NCBI GenBank assembly: GCA_963764165.1
Contig: CAVXRD010000002.1
Span: 416,001-480,000, forward strand
Length of the DNA stretch: 64,000 bases
Reading direction: 5' to 3'
From: an uncultured Verrucomicrobiae bacterium
GTDB taxonomy: Bacteria > Verrucomicrobiota > Verrucomicrobiia > Limisphaerales > Palsa-1400
A program made the position numbers and the translations under genes. Of the stretch, positions 18,398 through 29,502 are shown in pieces; within the stretch, counting starts at the first letter, position 1, and the number at the start of each line of letters is the position of its first letter. The notes beneath the pieces are model-generated. The model did not search any database. It was given only the letters and a program-made list of their open reading frames with translations, and had not been told where the DNA came from.

Positions 18398-21300
18398 CTA
18401 TGGCGACTCGATGGAATAGAAATCCGCCGACACACCGGGCGCGACCGGGATGGACAGCGAGAAGTTTCCGCTCGCGTCGAAGGTGCCGTTGGTCACGATG
18501 GTCCATTTAACCGGCACGGCCAGATTTGTCGTGCTCAGCAGGTGATACGTTCCAGACGGCGCGCCGCCGGCGCCGGTGAATGTCAGCGTTCCGTGAGACA
18601 AGGCAATCTGGCTAAATGTGGCCGGCGATGCTGTCGGCGCGGGGCCGGTCAAAACCCGGATGCTGCCTGAACCAGTGTTGGTGCCGGTCGCCGATCCCAA
18701 TTGCACCGGCCAGGAGGAGGGGAAGTTGCTTGGGTAGGCGCTGTTCAATTGCGCGAAGCTATAAGTGCCGGGCGATATGGCCGTGCCGTTGATGGACAGC
18801 GCATAGACCGTGTCGGCGGTATAGAGATACATTTGGCCGTTCAATGCCAGCGTGCCATTTGTCGTCACATAATTGTAGGTCGTCTCCAACATGGCGTTGG
18901 TGGCGATGCTAATGGAATTGGTGCCGAGCGAATTCGCCGCGTTGCCCAGCAGTCCGCCTTGAATGACGTTCCACTGGCCGGTGAATGTGTTGCTTGTGCC
19001 GGACACGATGAGGTCGTTATTCAAATAATTCGATCCCATGTAATCATAAGTGAGCGTGCCGGAGCCGGTGAGATAAGCGTTAATCTGCATGGAGCGGATG
19101 CTTCCCGCAGAGGCGCTATCACAATAGATCGATGAATTGCTAACGACGTCAATTTCGCCATCAAGGGCGACAGACGAAGCATTTCCGTTGTCGATCTGTC
19201 CGCCAGCCAACTCCAGGAACGGGAAGCTGACAAAGCCACCCTGAACGTAGGCTGTGCCGTAATTGGTGGCGGCGATGTCGCCCGATTCCTTCAGACGCAA
19301 TTCTCCGGTCGTCGTTTCCGTTGGGAATCCAGCGGAATTTCCGTCGACCAGCACTCCATCGCCTTGAACAATCAGGGCGCTGCCAGGGAAGACGGCATTG
19401 TTCGCCGTGGGTGTGCGTTCCATGGTGCCGGGGATCACGAAATAACTGCTATTGGGCTCCGCGTAAATGGAGGTCGCCACTGGCAATCCATCGCTCCAGC
19501 TTGTCGCGGTGTTCCAATCATCGCCGACCGGCTCCTGCATGGTGGTGGTGATGGTTTGATTGGGATTGGTCGGCAGAACGTCGAGTTCCGCCGCGCTGCT
19601 GGCGGTGGATCCCCCGGAGTCCGATGCAACCACCACATAAGTTCCGGCATTGGCTGCCGTCACGTTTGTGATTGACAGAAAATCCGTTCCCGAACCGGAG
19701 ATGTTGCCGCCATCCGTCAGTTCGACGGCGACGTTATTTTGGTTTGTGAACCACCATTGGTAACTCGAAGCATTCGGAGCCACGCCAATGAATTGCGCCG
19801 ATTGTCCGGGATAGACCGAGACCGATTGAGGCTGCTGAGTGAAGATCGGCGGCAATGTTCCAAGAACGGTGATGCTGCCCGCTCCGGTATTCGTGCCCGT
19901 GACGGAACCGAGCTGAATAGGCCAGGTGGCGGGAAAGTTCAAGGGGAAGGCCGCGTTCAACTGCGCAAACGTATAAGTGCCCGGGGGGACATTTGAGCCG
20001 TTTACGGTCAGCCCATAGACCTCGTCCGCGGTGTACAAATACATCTGGCCGTTGAGCACAATGCTGCCCTTCGTGGTAACGAAGTTGTAGGTTGTTTCAA
20101 GCGCGCCGCCTTGATCGACGGTGATTGAATTGGTTCCGAGGCAGTTCGGAGAGGTTCCGACGAGAGCGCCCTGCCCGACATGCCAGGGGCCGGTAAACGT
20201 GTTCGTCGGGCACGTCACCACCAGGGCGGTGTTAGTGGGCAAGGTGCCAAGGTAGGTGTAAAATAATCCACCAGAGCCCGTCAGATACGCATCCAGCAGG
20301 TAGGATCGGATCGTGGCCGCGGAAGCGCTGTCGGCGTAGATGACGGAATTTGAAACAACGTCAATTTCGCCTTCCAGCGAAACCACGGACGAACTGCCGT
20401 TATCAATCTGCCCACCCGCCAATTGCAGATTCGGGAACGTCACAGTGCCGCCGTAGGTATAGATCATGCCGGCATTGGTTGCGGTCGCAGTGCCGGATTC
20501 TTTCAGGCGCAATTCGCCAATGGTCGTCTCGGTGCCAAAGGACGCCCCGCCGCCATCGATCATCTGGCCATCGCCTTGAATTTGCAACAGACCACCCGGA
20601 AAGACTGCGTTGGTGACGATGGGGGAACGCTCCATTTTTCCAGGGGGAATGATGTAGGTGCTGTCCGGCTCCGCATAGACGGATACCGAAGCCGCGAATC
20701 CGTCGCTCCAGCTCGTCCCCGTGTTCCAATCTGAACCGGCCGCTTCCTGCGCAACCGCGTAAATCTGCTGGCCGGGGTTGGGTGACGAAATCGTCAGCGA
20801 AACCGGCGGACTGGTGTAGGTGCCGAAGGCGTTGCTGCTCACGAGAGTGACGTTTAGCGTCTGCCCCGCGAGGCTCGAGGCGATGTTGGAAATGGTCAAA
20901 TCCCCGGTAGCGGAGCCGCTTATCACGCCGTAAGAAGTGCTGCCATCGCTTAGATTAACACCGTTAATTTGCCACGTCTCGGTGAGAGGCGCCGAGCCAC
21001 CGGTTACGGCGGCAATGGAGGCCGTCTCGCCGGGATACAGCCCGTTCGCGAACTGCGTGTAGATGGAGTTTGTCGCCGGGAAATCGGTCAAGCCGGAACT
21101 CGACGTGAAGAGCGAATCCAATGACGACTGGCCGAGCGCTTGCGTGAAGATGCCAACCTCGTCGATGCTGCCGTTGAAGGTCAGCGCCCCCGTTGTGTCA
21201 TCGGGGTCGTCACCGATCATCGTTGTGCCGGCAAACGGCGCCACCGGATGAGGGTACGTGTGCGTGCTGGAAACGATGCCGTTGGTGTTCATCAACGTGA

Positions 21301-24226
21301 TCGTGGCGCTGGCCGGCGTGACTGTCAGCGCGACGAACGACCATTGATAAGCCGGGGCGATAATTCCCGAATCCCAATCATATGTGTTGGGATCGTTGTT
21401 CCAATTGTAACCAAGCGAGTAATCAGGGTTGCTGCTGATCACCAATCCTTCGACATCCGCCCCGATGCCGCGGTTCACGACGATGCCCGTGGCTTCAGGT
21501 TCCGTGGTCGTCGTGGGATAGATCCACGCAGTGATGGTGACCGTGTTGGTGTCCAGATTCCACGAAGAATCGATGGCGATGTAATTTGGCTCCGCGCCGC
21601 CTTGGAATGAGGCGGCATAGTTGGTTCCGGGCATTCCGGTGAAGCCATCAGACGCCATCGGCCCCAGGATTCCGTTGTAGCCATTTTGCGTGTTGTAACC
21701 GTAGATGCCGTTGTCACCTCCGGCAAAATCATAGGCCGGTTCCGTTCCGCCGGACGTGGTGTTTGTGTCATTAAACGCGTAGTAATGGACCGCCCCGGCT
21801 GCCGAAATCGCCGTTTCATAAGCGCCAACTGGCGTTACAACGGTCAGCGTGGCGGGCAGGCTGGCCGCGAATGCGCCGGAAATGGGATTGTCAACAATAC
21901 ACGCGTAATTCGCCTGGTCAGCCAGGGTCACGTTGCTGATGGTCAGCGTGCTTGAAGTTGCGCCAGAAACGGGGCCGCCGTTGACGAGATTGACACCGTT
22001 GCTCTGCCACTGAAAACCGACACCGGCGGAACCGACAACCGTGAACGAAGCCGTTCCGCCCGCATAAACTTGCACCGCCGTGGGCTGCGAGAAGATTTGC
22101 GGCGTGCCGATGGCCGCGGAGCCGGTCACTGGATTGGTTAGATTTTGCGAATGTTGATCGACATAAATATTGCCGAATTCATTTTGAGCGACTGTGCCGA
22201 GCGCGCTTCCAGGGCCGGTTCCAATATAATTGACTGGCAGCCCGACACCGCCACCGGCGGTGACATTGCGGAAGCCGTAAGTGAAGATCGAGCCATTGCC
22301 AGTCAGCGAGGTGGTGCCCCACATCAACGTCGGCGCGGCGCCCAGCCCGCCCGCGTCTACGTTGGTCCCTGTCATGCTGCCATTGGCCAGGTAGATCTGA
22401 TAGGTGCCCTTGGCGGCATTGATGACGAACCAGAAATAATACAAGTCACCGGGGATAGGCTGGTAGGGCGTGTTGTTCGGCGAAATCGTCGCGTAATAGA
22501 AAACGTTTGCGCCATTGACGCGGAAAAACCCGCCGCCGCTCGAATTGTCATAGTTGAATTGCGCGCTGGGCCCGGTGGCGGATTGGCCTGTTAATGCGCC
22601 GGGAGGACTCGAGTTGTCGATGTCGAAATTCATCGCCACAACCTCCGCTCCGGTAACATTTCCAAGCGTCGTTTGAATGCCCGGCAAGCTGAATTCGAGG
22701 AACACGGTTGAAGCGGTGTTCGAACCGGCAATGCCGAGGCCGGCTTCGTAATCGCCAATGTTGGCGACTGAACCGGCGGTGTATTGCGCATAATTATACG
22801 GGCCAAATGGCGCGCCGTTGGTGACGGTAATTGGCGTGCCGCCGCCGAGATTTGTCCAGCCCATTCCAATGCCCGCGCTGCCGGTAAGTCCGTTCAAATC
22901 GGCTCCCACGGAATCCAGGCTGAAGTTATCGAACAACTGCCAGCCCGAGGCAAGAACCACGGAACTGGCTTCATCGGACGGCGCGCTGGCTCCGCCGCTG
23001 CCTTGGGCGACGACTTCGTAATAGTAAGTGAGGCCTGCCGTCAAGCCGGTATCGAGGTAACTGTTGTTTGTGACTGTTTTCAACACAGTTTCAGCGCCGG
23101 AGGCCGTGGCTCGTTCTATGACATAATTGGTCGCGCCATAGCTGGATTTCCAGTGCAAGGCCAGATTGCCCGCGCCAGCCGCGCCGACTCCCAGCACCGG
23201 GGCTGCCGGAGCACCCACCGGCGTCGCGCTTATTTGGGTGGAGAAATTCGTGCCCGAGACGTTTTCAGCGGCGAGGACATAGTAATAGGTTGTCCCGCTA
23301 ATCACCTGCATGTCGATATAATTGGTCGTGGCGCTGGAAATCGCGTTGGTAAAATCGGTGTAAGGCCCGCCCGCATTGGTGCCGCGTTCCAAAACATAGG
23401 TCGAGGCATTGGCGGCGGCGTTCCATGTCAAATCAACCTGCACCGGTGTTCCCGAAGTTGCGCTTACCCATGTCGGCGTTCCGGGGGCGGGGACGTTGGG
23501 AGCGAAAATGGCTTCGCAGAGGACCATCTTTGCGCCGGATGAGCTGCCGGTGGAGGTAAACTTGATGCTGCCTGACGGGCAATTGGACGCGCCGCCAAAA
23601 GTCTGGGTCGCATTGCCACTGGCACCATAGGTTGTAGAGAGAACCACCGACGAGCCAGCAGGCGAGAGCGTCACGCCCAGCGTTTCGCCTGCGTTGCTGG
23701 CCGAGGTTGCCACCGCTGCCCAATCGCCGTTGGCGACGTTATTTACCGTGTTGTTGATCGTTTGCGCGCTGCCGTTGCCGACGCTTCCCGTAAGAGGCGC
23801 AATCGCCGTGTTTACATTGGTTATCGTATACGCCATCCACCAGTTTTGGTTGACTCCAGTCGGCGTCGTGCCGGTGAAGCTGCCGCTGCCTGGGGGCGGA
23901 TTGACCAGGTAATAAATGGCGTTGTCGTCCCATGTCGAGGCGGTGCTGCCCTGTGAAATGGCCTTCGTCAAAAGATGTCCGTTCCAGGCGAGATTGTTCG
24001 GCACACCGGGGTCAGTGCCCGGCGAATCTCCCTGCGTCCGGCCGCCGTAAATGAACACAAGCACACTAGCGCCTTGCGAGACAGTAAAGGCCGAGCTGTT
24101 GAGGTTGGTCGGGCTATAGTTGATGGGTGATGGCGCATCCAAATAGCCGATTTGGGCCTGGGCTGTGGAAAGAGCGCAGGCGTGGACGAGCAGGATGCCG
24201 GTGGTTAGTGTTATTAATTTACGCAT
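18398..24226 (-). CDS. Large secreted multidomain protein (FN3 x2, Ig-like, LamG/concanavalin, two ~300-aa beta-solenoid-like repeats, C-terminal tail)
   Basis: Signal peptide MRKLITLTTG...AQA (ATG 24226); FN3 motifs TYYYV.A; LamG TITAWIYP...WSFVALT...FNGSIDEV; tail LLSTTNL..W...DFY. Confidence 0.85.
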   Translation of the reverse strand: MRKLITLTTGILLVHACALSTAQAQIGYLDAPSPINYSPTNLNSSAFTVSQGASVLVFIYGGRTQGDSPGTDPGVPNNLAWNGHLLTKAISQGSTASTWDDNAIYYLVNPPPGSGSFTGTTPTGVNQNWWMAYTITNVNTAIAPLTGSVGNGSAQTINNTVNNVANGDWAAVATSASNAGETLGVTLSPAGSSVVLSTTYGASGNATQTFGGASNCPSGSIKFTSTGSSSGAKMVLCEAIFAPNVPAPGTPTWVSATSGTPVQVDLTWNAAANASTYVLERGTNAGGPYTDFTNAISSATTNYIDMQVISGTTYYYVLAAENVSGTNFSTQISATPVGAPAAPVLGVGAAGAGNLALHWKSSYGATNYVIERATASGAETVLKTVTNNSYLDTGLTAGLTYYYEVVAQGSGGASAPSDEASSVVLASGWQLFDNFSLDSVGADLNGLTGSAGIGMGWTNLGGGTPITVTNGAPFGPYNYAQYTAGSVANIGDYEAGLGIAGSNTASTVFLEFSLPGIQTTLGNVTGAEVVAMNFDIDNSSPPGALTGQSATGPSAQFNYDNSSGGGFFRVNGANVFYYATISPNNTPYQPIPGDLYYFWFVINAAKGTYQIYLANGSMTGTNVDAGGLGAAPTLMWGTTSLTGNGSIFTYGFRNVTAGGGVGLPVNYIGTGPGSALGTVAQNEFGNIYVDQHSQNLTNPVTGSAAIGTPQIFSQPTAVQVYAGGTASFTVVGSAGVGFQWQSNGVNLVNGGPVSGATSSTLTISNVTLADQANYACIVDNPISGAFAASLPATLTVVTPVGAYETAISAAGAVHYYAFNDTNTTSGGTEPAYDFAGGDNGIYGYNTQNGYNGILGPMASDGFTGMPGTNYAASFQGGAEPNYIAIDSSWNLDTNTVTITAWIYPTTTTEPEATGIVVNRGIGADVEGLVISSNPDYSLGYNWNNDPNTYDWDSGIIAPAYQWSFVALTVTPASATITLMNTNGIVSSTHTYPHPVAPFAGTTMIGDDPDDTTGALTFNGSIDEVGIFTQALGQSSLDSLFTSSSGLTDFPATNSIYTQFANGLYPGETASIAAVTGGSAPLTETWQINGVNLSDGSTSYGVISGSATGDLTISNIASSLAGQTLNVTLVSSNAFGTYTSPPVSLTISSPNPGQQIYAVAQEAAGSDWNTGTSWSDGFAASVSVYAEPDSTYIIPPGKMERSPIVTNAVFPGGLLQIQGDGQMIDGGGASFGTETTIGELRLKESGTATATNAGMIYTYGGTVTFPNLQLAGGQIDNGSSSVVSLEGEIDVVSNSVIYADSASAATIRSYLLDAYLTGSGGLFYTYLGTLPTNTALVVTCPTNTFTGPWHVGQGALVGTSPNCLGTNSITVDQGGALETTYNFVTTKGSIVLNGQMYLYTADEVYGLTVNGSNVPPGTYTFAQLNAAFPLNFPATWPIQLGSVTGTNTGAGSITVLGTLPPIFTQQPQSVSVYPGQSAQFIGVAPNASSYQWWFTNQNNVAVELTDGGNISGSGTDFLSITNVTAANAGTYVVVASDSGGSTASSAAELDVLPTNPNQTITTTMQEPVGDDWNTATSWSDGLPVATSIYAEPNSSYFVIPGTMERTPTANNAVFPGSALIVQGDGVLVDGNSAGFPTETTTGELRLKESGDIAATNYGTAYVQGGFVSFPFLELAGGQIDNGNASSVALDGEIDVVSNSSIYCDSASAGSIRSMQINAYLTGSGTLTYDYMGSNYLNNDLIVSGTSNTFTGQWNVIQGGLLGNAANSLGTNSISIATNAMLETTYNYVTTNGTLALNGQMYLYTADTVYALSINGTAISPGTYSFAQLNSAYPSNFPSSWPVQLGSATGTNTGSGSIRVLTGPAPTASPATFSQIALSHGTLTFTGAGGAPSGTYHLLSTTNLAVPVKWTIVTNGTFDASGNFSLSIPVAPGVSADFYSIESP

Positions 24227-24265
24227 AAATTTCGGATGGGTCTTTTGCAATTGAGGGCGGGCTGT

Positions 24266-25153
24266 CTAAAGAGTGGGATAAATATAATTGTTGTTGGTGC
24301 CCCATTTCCAATTCTCCAAAGCTACGTGGCCATCAACGAAGCCGAGATTGCAATTTCCCCGGTGGCGCGTCGTCAGTGGATTCCCCGGGGGCGACCAGCG
24401 CCCGTCGTCGATCATGCTTCCGGTCGCGGGTGGAAGATCCATCAATGGATCGCTGGAAGCCGTCGGCGTGTCAACCGACCCGGTGGGAAGCGTTGCCTCC
24501 TCGGCAAACGAAATTTTTTGCGCGGGCCGCTTTACCGCGCTGTTCTTGAATTGAAACATTTCCACTCCGTTTCCGACGTCCTCCTGGACGCTGGTCAGCC
24601 CCTGGTTGACAGTCCCGGTGGAGTCCAGCCCAATGCTATTCATGCTGTAGCTGTACCAATAAATCGGATTGCCCGCATCGTTCGCACTCCCTGCGCCGAC
24701 CACGGCGATGCGGTCACGGTCGCTGATATCCGCCGGGCAGCGGAAAATATTGGTGGATTTTTTCGTTCCCGTGTAGGCGATGACCGGGCTGCGGTCCAGG
24801 GTTTCCAGGACACCAGCAATGTTTTCCGTGGCCGCCCCGGCGCGCCAATAGATCCAGTCATCAATCTGGAAGCCGTAGGTGTTGCGGGAGGCGCAAGAGG
24901 GATAGACATCCTTGAAATCATCCAGATACATCGCAATGCCCAGCTCCAGCTCCTTGAGGTTGTTGCGGCAATTAGTCTGCATGGCCTGATCTTTCGCACG
25001 GGCGAGGGCGGGCAGCAGCATGGCGGCCAGAATCGCTATGATGGCAATGACTACCAGCAATTCGATCAGCGTGAAGGCCGGGCTGGAAAAACGGGAATTC
25101 CTGGCGGCCCGCGGATGCGGCCTGCCCATAGAGACACTTGGTGGCGTCAGCAT
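24266..25153 (-). CDS. Prepilin-type N-terminal cleavage/methylation protein with H-X9-DG motif (DUF1559-like)
   Basis: [29 protein letters not shown]...C.NNLK, C-terminal [15 protein letters not shown]. Confidence 0.92.
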   Translation of the reverse strand: MLTPPSVSMGRPHPRAARNSRFSSPAFTLIELLVVIAIIAILAAMLLPALARAKDQAMQTNCRNNLKELELGIAMYLDDFKDVYPSCASRNTYGFQIDDWIYWRAGAATENIAGVLETLDRSPVIAYTGTKKSTNIFRCPADISDRDRIAVVGAGSANDAGNPIYWYSYSMNSIGLDSTGTVNQGLTSVQEDVGNGVEMFQFKNSAVKRPAQKISFAEEATLPTGSVDTPTASSDPLMDLPPATGSMIDDGRWSPPGNPLTTRHRGNCNLGFVDGHVALENWKWGTNNNYIYPTL

Positions 25154-25204
25154 GTCAGTTCTTGTGGATGCTGACCACCTTACGGAACATCCGGGCTGCA
25201 TTAT

Positions 25205-25225
25205 ATCATTAAAAATGATGATTTT
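25205..25225. promoter_or_regulatory. Putative operator, identical to 37143-37163
   Basis: ATCATTAAAAATGATGATTTT, 21/21 identical copy; 52 bp upstream of the prepilin-like gene. Confidence 0.6.
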
Positions 25226-25334
25226 GGCCGGGTCGTCGCATGCTTCCCATAATTCCCATTCTTCCCACAAAAAGGGGGCTAATGAGAATAATGGGAATTG
25301 AGGGATGGCCCCGCAGTCCCTCGCTCCGGCCGGG

Positions 25335-25958
25335 TTACTTCAAGAACTTCAGCACAGCTTCAGTCCGCGAGCGAACATGCAATTTCTCGTAGATGTGCCG
25401 GAGGTGCGTGTTAACGGTCGCGAGGCTGATGGAAAAATGCTCGCTGATCTCCTTGCTGGAATATCCCTTGGACAATTCCTGAAGAATTTCCATTTCGCGA
25501 GAGGAAAGCTTCTCATCCACCGCCGGATCGCGCGGGGGCTCCCGGAACGACTGCACAACCCGCGCCGCGATCTGGCTGCTCATCGGCGCCCCGCCCTGCT
25601 TCACTTCCTGGATGGCGCGGAGGATGTCGGCCGGTTCGGCCCGCTTCAGCAAATACCCGCTCGCGCCCGCCTTCAATGCGCCAAAAATGCGGTCGCTGTC
25701 CTGGTAGACCGTCAAGATGAGTATTTGCACCTCCGGGCAAAGCTCCTTCAGGCGGCGCGTGCAATCCACTCCCGACATGCTTGGCAAATGAATATCCATC
25801 AGCACCACGTCCGGAAGCAGTTTCGGAATGGCCTTGAGACCCTCTTCGGCGGAATCAAAATCGGCCGCGCAATGGAAGCCGGGCGCTTCATTGACATACT
25901 CCGCCAGCTTGGCGCGAAAGCTCCTGTTATCCTCCACAATGACAATATTTAGTGGCAT
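25335..25958 (-). CDS. NarL/LuxR-family response regulator
   Basis: ATG 25958 [42 protein letters not shown]...[11 protein letters not shown]. Confidence 0.93.
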   Translation of the reverse strand: MPLNIVIVEDNRSFRAKLAEYVNEAPGFHCAADFDSAEEGLKAIPKLLPDVVLMDIHLPSMSGVDCTRRLKELCPEVQILILTVYQDSDRIFGALKAGASGYLLKRAEPADILRAIQEVKQGGAPMSSQIAARVVQSFREPPRDPAVDEKLSSREMEILQELSKGYSSKEISEHFSISLATVNTHLRHIYEKLHVRSRTEAVLKFLK

Positions 25959-28900
25959 ACCCCGTTTTGATGAAATGGCATTCGAATGGCGCACCGCGTT
26001 CCGCTGCCCGGGCGGCTGTCGCATTCGAATTTGCCGCCGATCTTTTTCAATCGCGCCCGCATGTTGCAGAGGCCATTGCCGTGAAACTTGCCTTCCGCGT
26101 TGAATCCCCGGCCGGTGTCTTCCACGGCAATGAAGAGGGTGCTCTCCTGCCAATGAATGCGCAGCCAAATTTCCTTTGCCCCCGAGTGCTTTGCCGCGTT
26201 GTTGAGGGCTTCACGGATGCATAGATAGAGATTATGGCGCACTTCCGAAGTCAACGCCATGGATGGAAGATCCTCGTCAATATCAAGACGGCATCGGGCG
26301 GAAAGGCTCCGGAAAAGCTCTTCCGTGGTGTGGCGCAAATACGATGCGAGGCTGGCCACCGAATCATTGGCGGGATCCACCGCCCAGACGATTTCATCCA
26401 GCGACGAGACCATCTGCCGCGCTTTTTCGGAGACCTCGCACAATTGCGTCCGCGTGTCATCCGGCACGGTGGCATCCCCGCTTTCCACCGCGCTCAAAAA
26501 TCGTATCTCGGTCAGTGTCGCGCCGAGTTCGTCGTGGAGGTCCTGCGCAATGCGGGCGCGCTCCTCTTCGAGCGCCCGCCGGTGTTCCGCGCGCTCGCGG
26601 CTCTTGATTTCGGCGGTCAATTGCGCCGAGCGTTCTTCCACCTTGCTCTTGAGCAGCGTGATCCAAACCATCGCCGCCGCCAGCACCGAGGCCAGGGCGC
26701 CCATCACCACCGCCGCGTGGCGAACTGTCCACCACGACGGCGCGGCCAGCACGCGAACATCCCTGGGCGAATTCAACAGCAGCTCAAATGAATCGATGTC
26801 CCGGCTGACAGTCCGATCCACCCGCTGGCCCATGTAGATTCCGTTCAATTCCAGCATGCTGCCCGGCTCCAGATCGGGAAGCGTCCCGTTGCCGCGCGGA
26901 ATGCGCGCCGCGTAATCGCGATGGCCCAATTGAAGATCGAGCACCTGCTCGGCGCCGTTAAACGTCATCCCGATCAGGCGCGAGGTGACGCGGACACGCC
27001 GGGCATCCAGCCGGGAGTCAAGCATCTCGCGTTCTGTCAATAATTGCGCCACCGGCAATTCGGACTTCCCGGTCCGCCGCACCCAGGCCTCGCGCAAAAC
27101 TGGCGACGGCCCGTTCCGGTCCGGAAATCCAACGACCTCCACATGCGTCCCCACTGGCAGCTCCAGCGCGGTTTTCGGGCGGAAGCGGAAGCCGTTGGTG
27201 CCATCCATCATGAAGTATTCGCCGTGATATTCGCGCATGACCTGGCCGGAAACCTTGACGCGGCGCAGCAAATCCGCATGGGCGTCGAAAAAATACAGGT
27301 CGTTGGCCCGCTTGAGCGGCGTGTCGAAAGGGTTCGCGGGCGCCGGTTCGTCCACACTGACGGAGCCATCGTAAATCCGCAAACTTGGCAGCATCATCTG
27401 ATTTTCGTCGCGGTCGGAGCTGCTCACGCCGCAAACACGCACCAGCGCGTCAGTCACGCCGTCGAGGTTTTTTGGCTCCTCGCCCATAAACACCAGCGTC
27501 AGCTTTCCGCCGCGCGTCAACAATTGCAGCCGGTTGGCGACGACATCGATGACGATTCCCTGCACTTCAATGTAGCGGGTGGTCAGGGTGCCGTTCACCA
27601 GCTCATCCCAAGTCGGGCGCACGGGGGTGGGCAGGATTCCCGGGCCGAGATACATCGTGCGCTGAAGTTTTACGTCCGGCGCAAAAGCCGCGCTGGAAGT
27701 TCCCTCGATTTGCCAGCATTCGCCGATGCCCGGCATGGGCTGGCCGCTCGATCCTTCATAATACGCCCAAATCGCCCAGGTGGAATCCTGGATGAAAAAT
27801 CCCTGCCCGAGATGCGCCGTGATGACTCCTTGCAGTTTGACCGGGTAGCCGCGCAGCGCTTCAGCGCGCCCGATGTTCATGACCTGCCTGGCGCTCGTGA
27901 GAACCGGGAGATTGGTTTGGCTCGCGGCGGAACCGGGCTTTCTTTCGTCAATAATAGAAATGTTATCCAGGGACGGCGCCAAGATCGACGGGACGTCCTG
28001 CCCATCGACCGTTTTTGCGCTTTGGTAAATTCCCGACACTCTGACCCGGTGATGAAGCAGCGATTCCGCGGGGACCGAGGCGGCATCCAAAACTTTGAGA
28101 TAGATGCGGCCGGTGCTGGACGTTAGCTCGAGGCTGGGCGATTTGACGGGGCCCCGCACGACGGCGATCATTCCCTCGGTTTCCGCCCATTGGTTTTCCT
28201 GAGTTTCGTTTGCCAGTTGGCCCGGCACGACGACTCTTGGCGGCGGCAAAGGCGCGGTTCCCTTCACCGTAATGCGGAGAGGCTCGTTCTCGATAAACAA
28301 TTTGCTGCCGTCGTCCGATGCCGTCCAAAATTTGTATTTCCCGTCGCAGGGCGCGGAAAAGAGGCCCTCAAAAACGATCGCCACATGCTGATCGCGAGTT
28401 CTTACGCTCAAATCAAAATTCGAAACCGAACCGCAGGCCACCGGCAGCAGGCTCGAAAAATCCGGCGTCCACTGCCACGCGCCCTCGTAAACCTGATATT
28501 CCAAGCCCGGCGTCGTGGCGTGGCTGGAGTTCGCCGAGTGAAACAAACCGGAGATTGGCGCGCGCTCCTTTCCTGGAATCCGGCAATCCACTTTCAATGA
28601 AAAATGCCCCGTGTCATTGAACCACTCGACACGAATCGGGTGCAGTCCGGCGCTCAGGAAGGCCTCGCCGGATTTTTGGAGAGCTATGTGCGCGCCGTCA
28701 TTGTTCACGAGCGGGAGACAGCCGACTTCGCCGATTCCCGCCTCGCAATCGCCCTCAATCAAAACCCGCTGGCCGCCGCAAATCGGCCCGGCCTGTTTGC
28801 GCAGGTCAATTTTCAATATGGCGCCGCCCGAATCGTCTTGAAACGCCACCATGTTTCGCGCTGTGCTGGCCCACAAGAGCACTCCATCCAACCGCACGCG

Positions 28901-29119
28901 AAAACGTGCAATTTCCTGGCCCAAGGCAACGCGGCGCAATTCGGATGCATTGGTGATCGTGCGGATTTCAGAAACTTGCGGCGGCGCATTCGTCTCGCGC
29001 GCAGGAGAAAAACTCGCGCTGAAAAGCAAGAGCAGAAGCGTGAGACAAATACACCGGAAGCCCTGGCGTCTGGCGCAAGGCAGCAATGACCATTCACCTG
29101 GGAATCGGCTCAGTGGCAT
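25949..29119 (-). CDS. Sensor histidine kinase (HisKA_3) with large extracytoplasmic region containing PA14
   Basis: ERARIAQDLHDELG, EALNNAAKH, DTGRGF, GNGL.NM; one TM near PSWWT; PA14 motifs SDDGSKLFI and NNDG.H. Confidence 0.9.
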   Translation of the reverse strand: MPLSRFPGEWSLLPCARRQGFRCICLTLLLLLFSASFSPARETNAPPQVSEIRTITNASELRRVALGQEIARFRVRLDGVLLWASTARNMVAFQDDSGGAILKIDLRKQAGPICGGQRVLIEGDCEAGIGEVGCLPLVNNDGAHIALQKSGEAFLSAGLHPIRVEWFNDTGHFSLKVDCRIPGKERAPISGLFHSANSSHATTPGLEYQVYEGAWQWTPDFSSLLPVACGSVSNFDLSVRTRDQHVAIVFEGLFSAPCDGKYKFWTASDDGSKLFIENEPLRITVKGTAPLPPPRVVVPGQLANETQENQWAETEGMIAVVRGPVKSPSLELTSSTGRIYLKVLDAASVPAESLLHHRVRVSGIYQSAKTVDGQDVPSILAPSLDNISIIDERKPGSAASQTNLPVLTSARQVMNIGRAEALRGYPVKLQGVITAHLGQGFFIQDSTWAIWAYYEGSSGQPMPGIGECWQIEGTSSAAFAPDVKLQRTMYLGPGILPTPVRPTWDELVNGTLTTRYIEVQGIVIDVVANRLQLLTRGGKLTLVFMGEEPKNLDGVTDALVRVCGVSSSDRDENQMMLPSLRIYDGSVSVDEPAPANPFDTPLKRANDLYFFDAHADLLRRVKVSGQVMREYHGEYFMMDGTNGFRFRPKTALELPVGTHVEVVGFPDRNGPSPVLREAWVRRTGKSELPVAQLLTEREMLDSRLDARRVRVTSRLIGMTFNGAEQVLDLQLGHRDYAARIPRGNGTLPDLEPGSMLELNGIYMGQRVDRTVSRDIDSFELLLNSPRDVRVLAAPSWWTVRHAAVVMGALASVLAAAMVWITLLKSKVEERSAQLTAEIKSRERAEHRRALEEERARIAQDLHDELGATLTEIRFLSAVESGDATVPDDTRTQLCEVSEKARQMVSSLDEIVWAVDPANDSVASLASYLRHTTEELFRSLSARCRLDIDEDLPSMALTSEVRHNLYLCIREALNNAAKHSGAKEIWLRIHWQESTLFIAVEDTGRGFNAEGKFHGNGLCNMRARLKKIGGKFECDSRPGSGTRCAIRMPFHQNGVCH

Positions 29120-29189
29120 TAAGACTTGTGTAATCGAAAATCATTAATCTTCCAAGTTCATATTGCGCTTTCTCGCGGAACAACGAGAA

Positions 29190-29472
29190 ATTGAACAGGA
29201 GGAAGGCCAAGGAAACGGAGAGAAAAAAGCTTGGCTGGCAACGTGGGATTAGCAGTCGATGAGCGGCACCAAATCCACACCGGAGCGCGGCTGTGTCGAA
29301 GACCAGCCGCAGCCATGTGGAATTTACCGACGCGCCTGGCGGTGCAGCGCGCTGCGGCTGGTCTTCGACACAGCCGCGCTCCGTCTGATGGCCTGCGCGC
29401 GCCACCCATTTCAAATCACCCCAAGCAAACAGGCCTTTTTCTCCGCGCTCTCGGTCTTCCTCCTGTTCAAAT
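29190..29472. repeat. Nested repeats: GGAG-type REP doublet (29282-29382) inside an AACAGGAGGAA inverted repeat
   Basis: Outer arms AATTGAACAGGAGGAAGGCCAAG... / ...GGTCTTCCTCCTGTTCAAATT; inner arms GGAGCGCGGCTGTGTCGAAGACCAGCCGCAGC and its exact reverse complement. Confidence 0.8.
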
Positions 29473-29502
29473 TCAAAGCCGCCTTGCGATTGGCCGGGGT
29501 CA

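Noticed and set aside
18650..20770. Diversity-generating retroelement or shufflon behind the internal duplications
   Set aside because: Copies are diverged throughout rather than adenine-specifically, and no reverse transcriptase is present in the window.
25959..26168. Extended N-terminus of the response regulator
   Set aside because: Overlaps the kinase C-terminus; the receiver domain starts at 25958.
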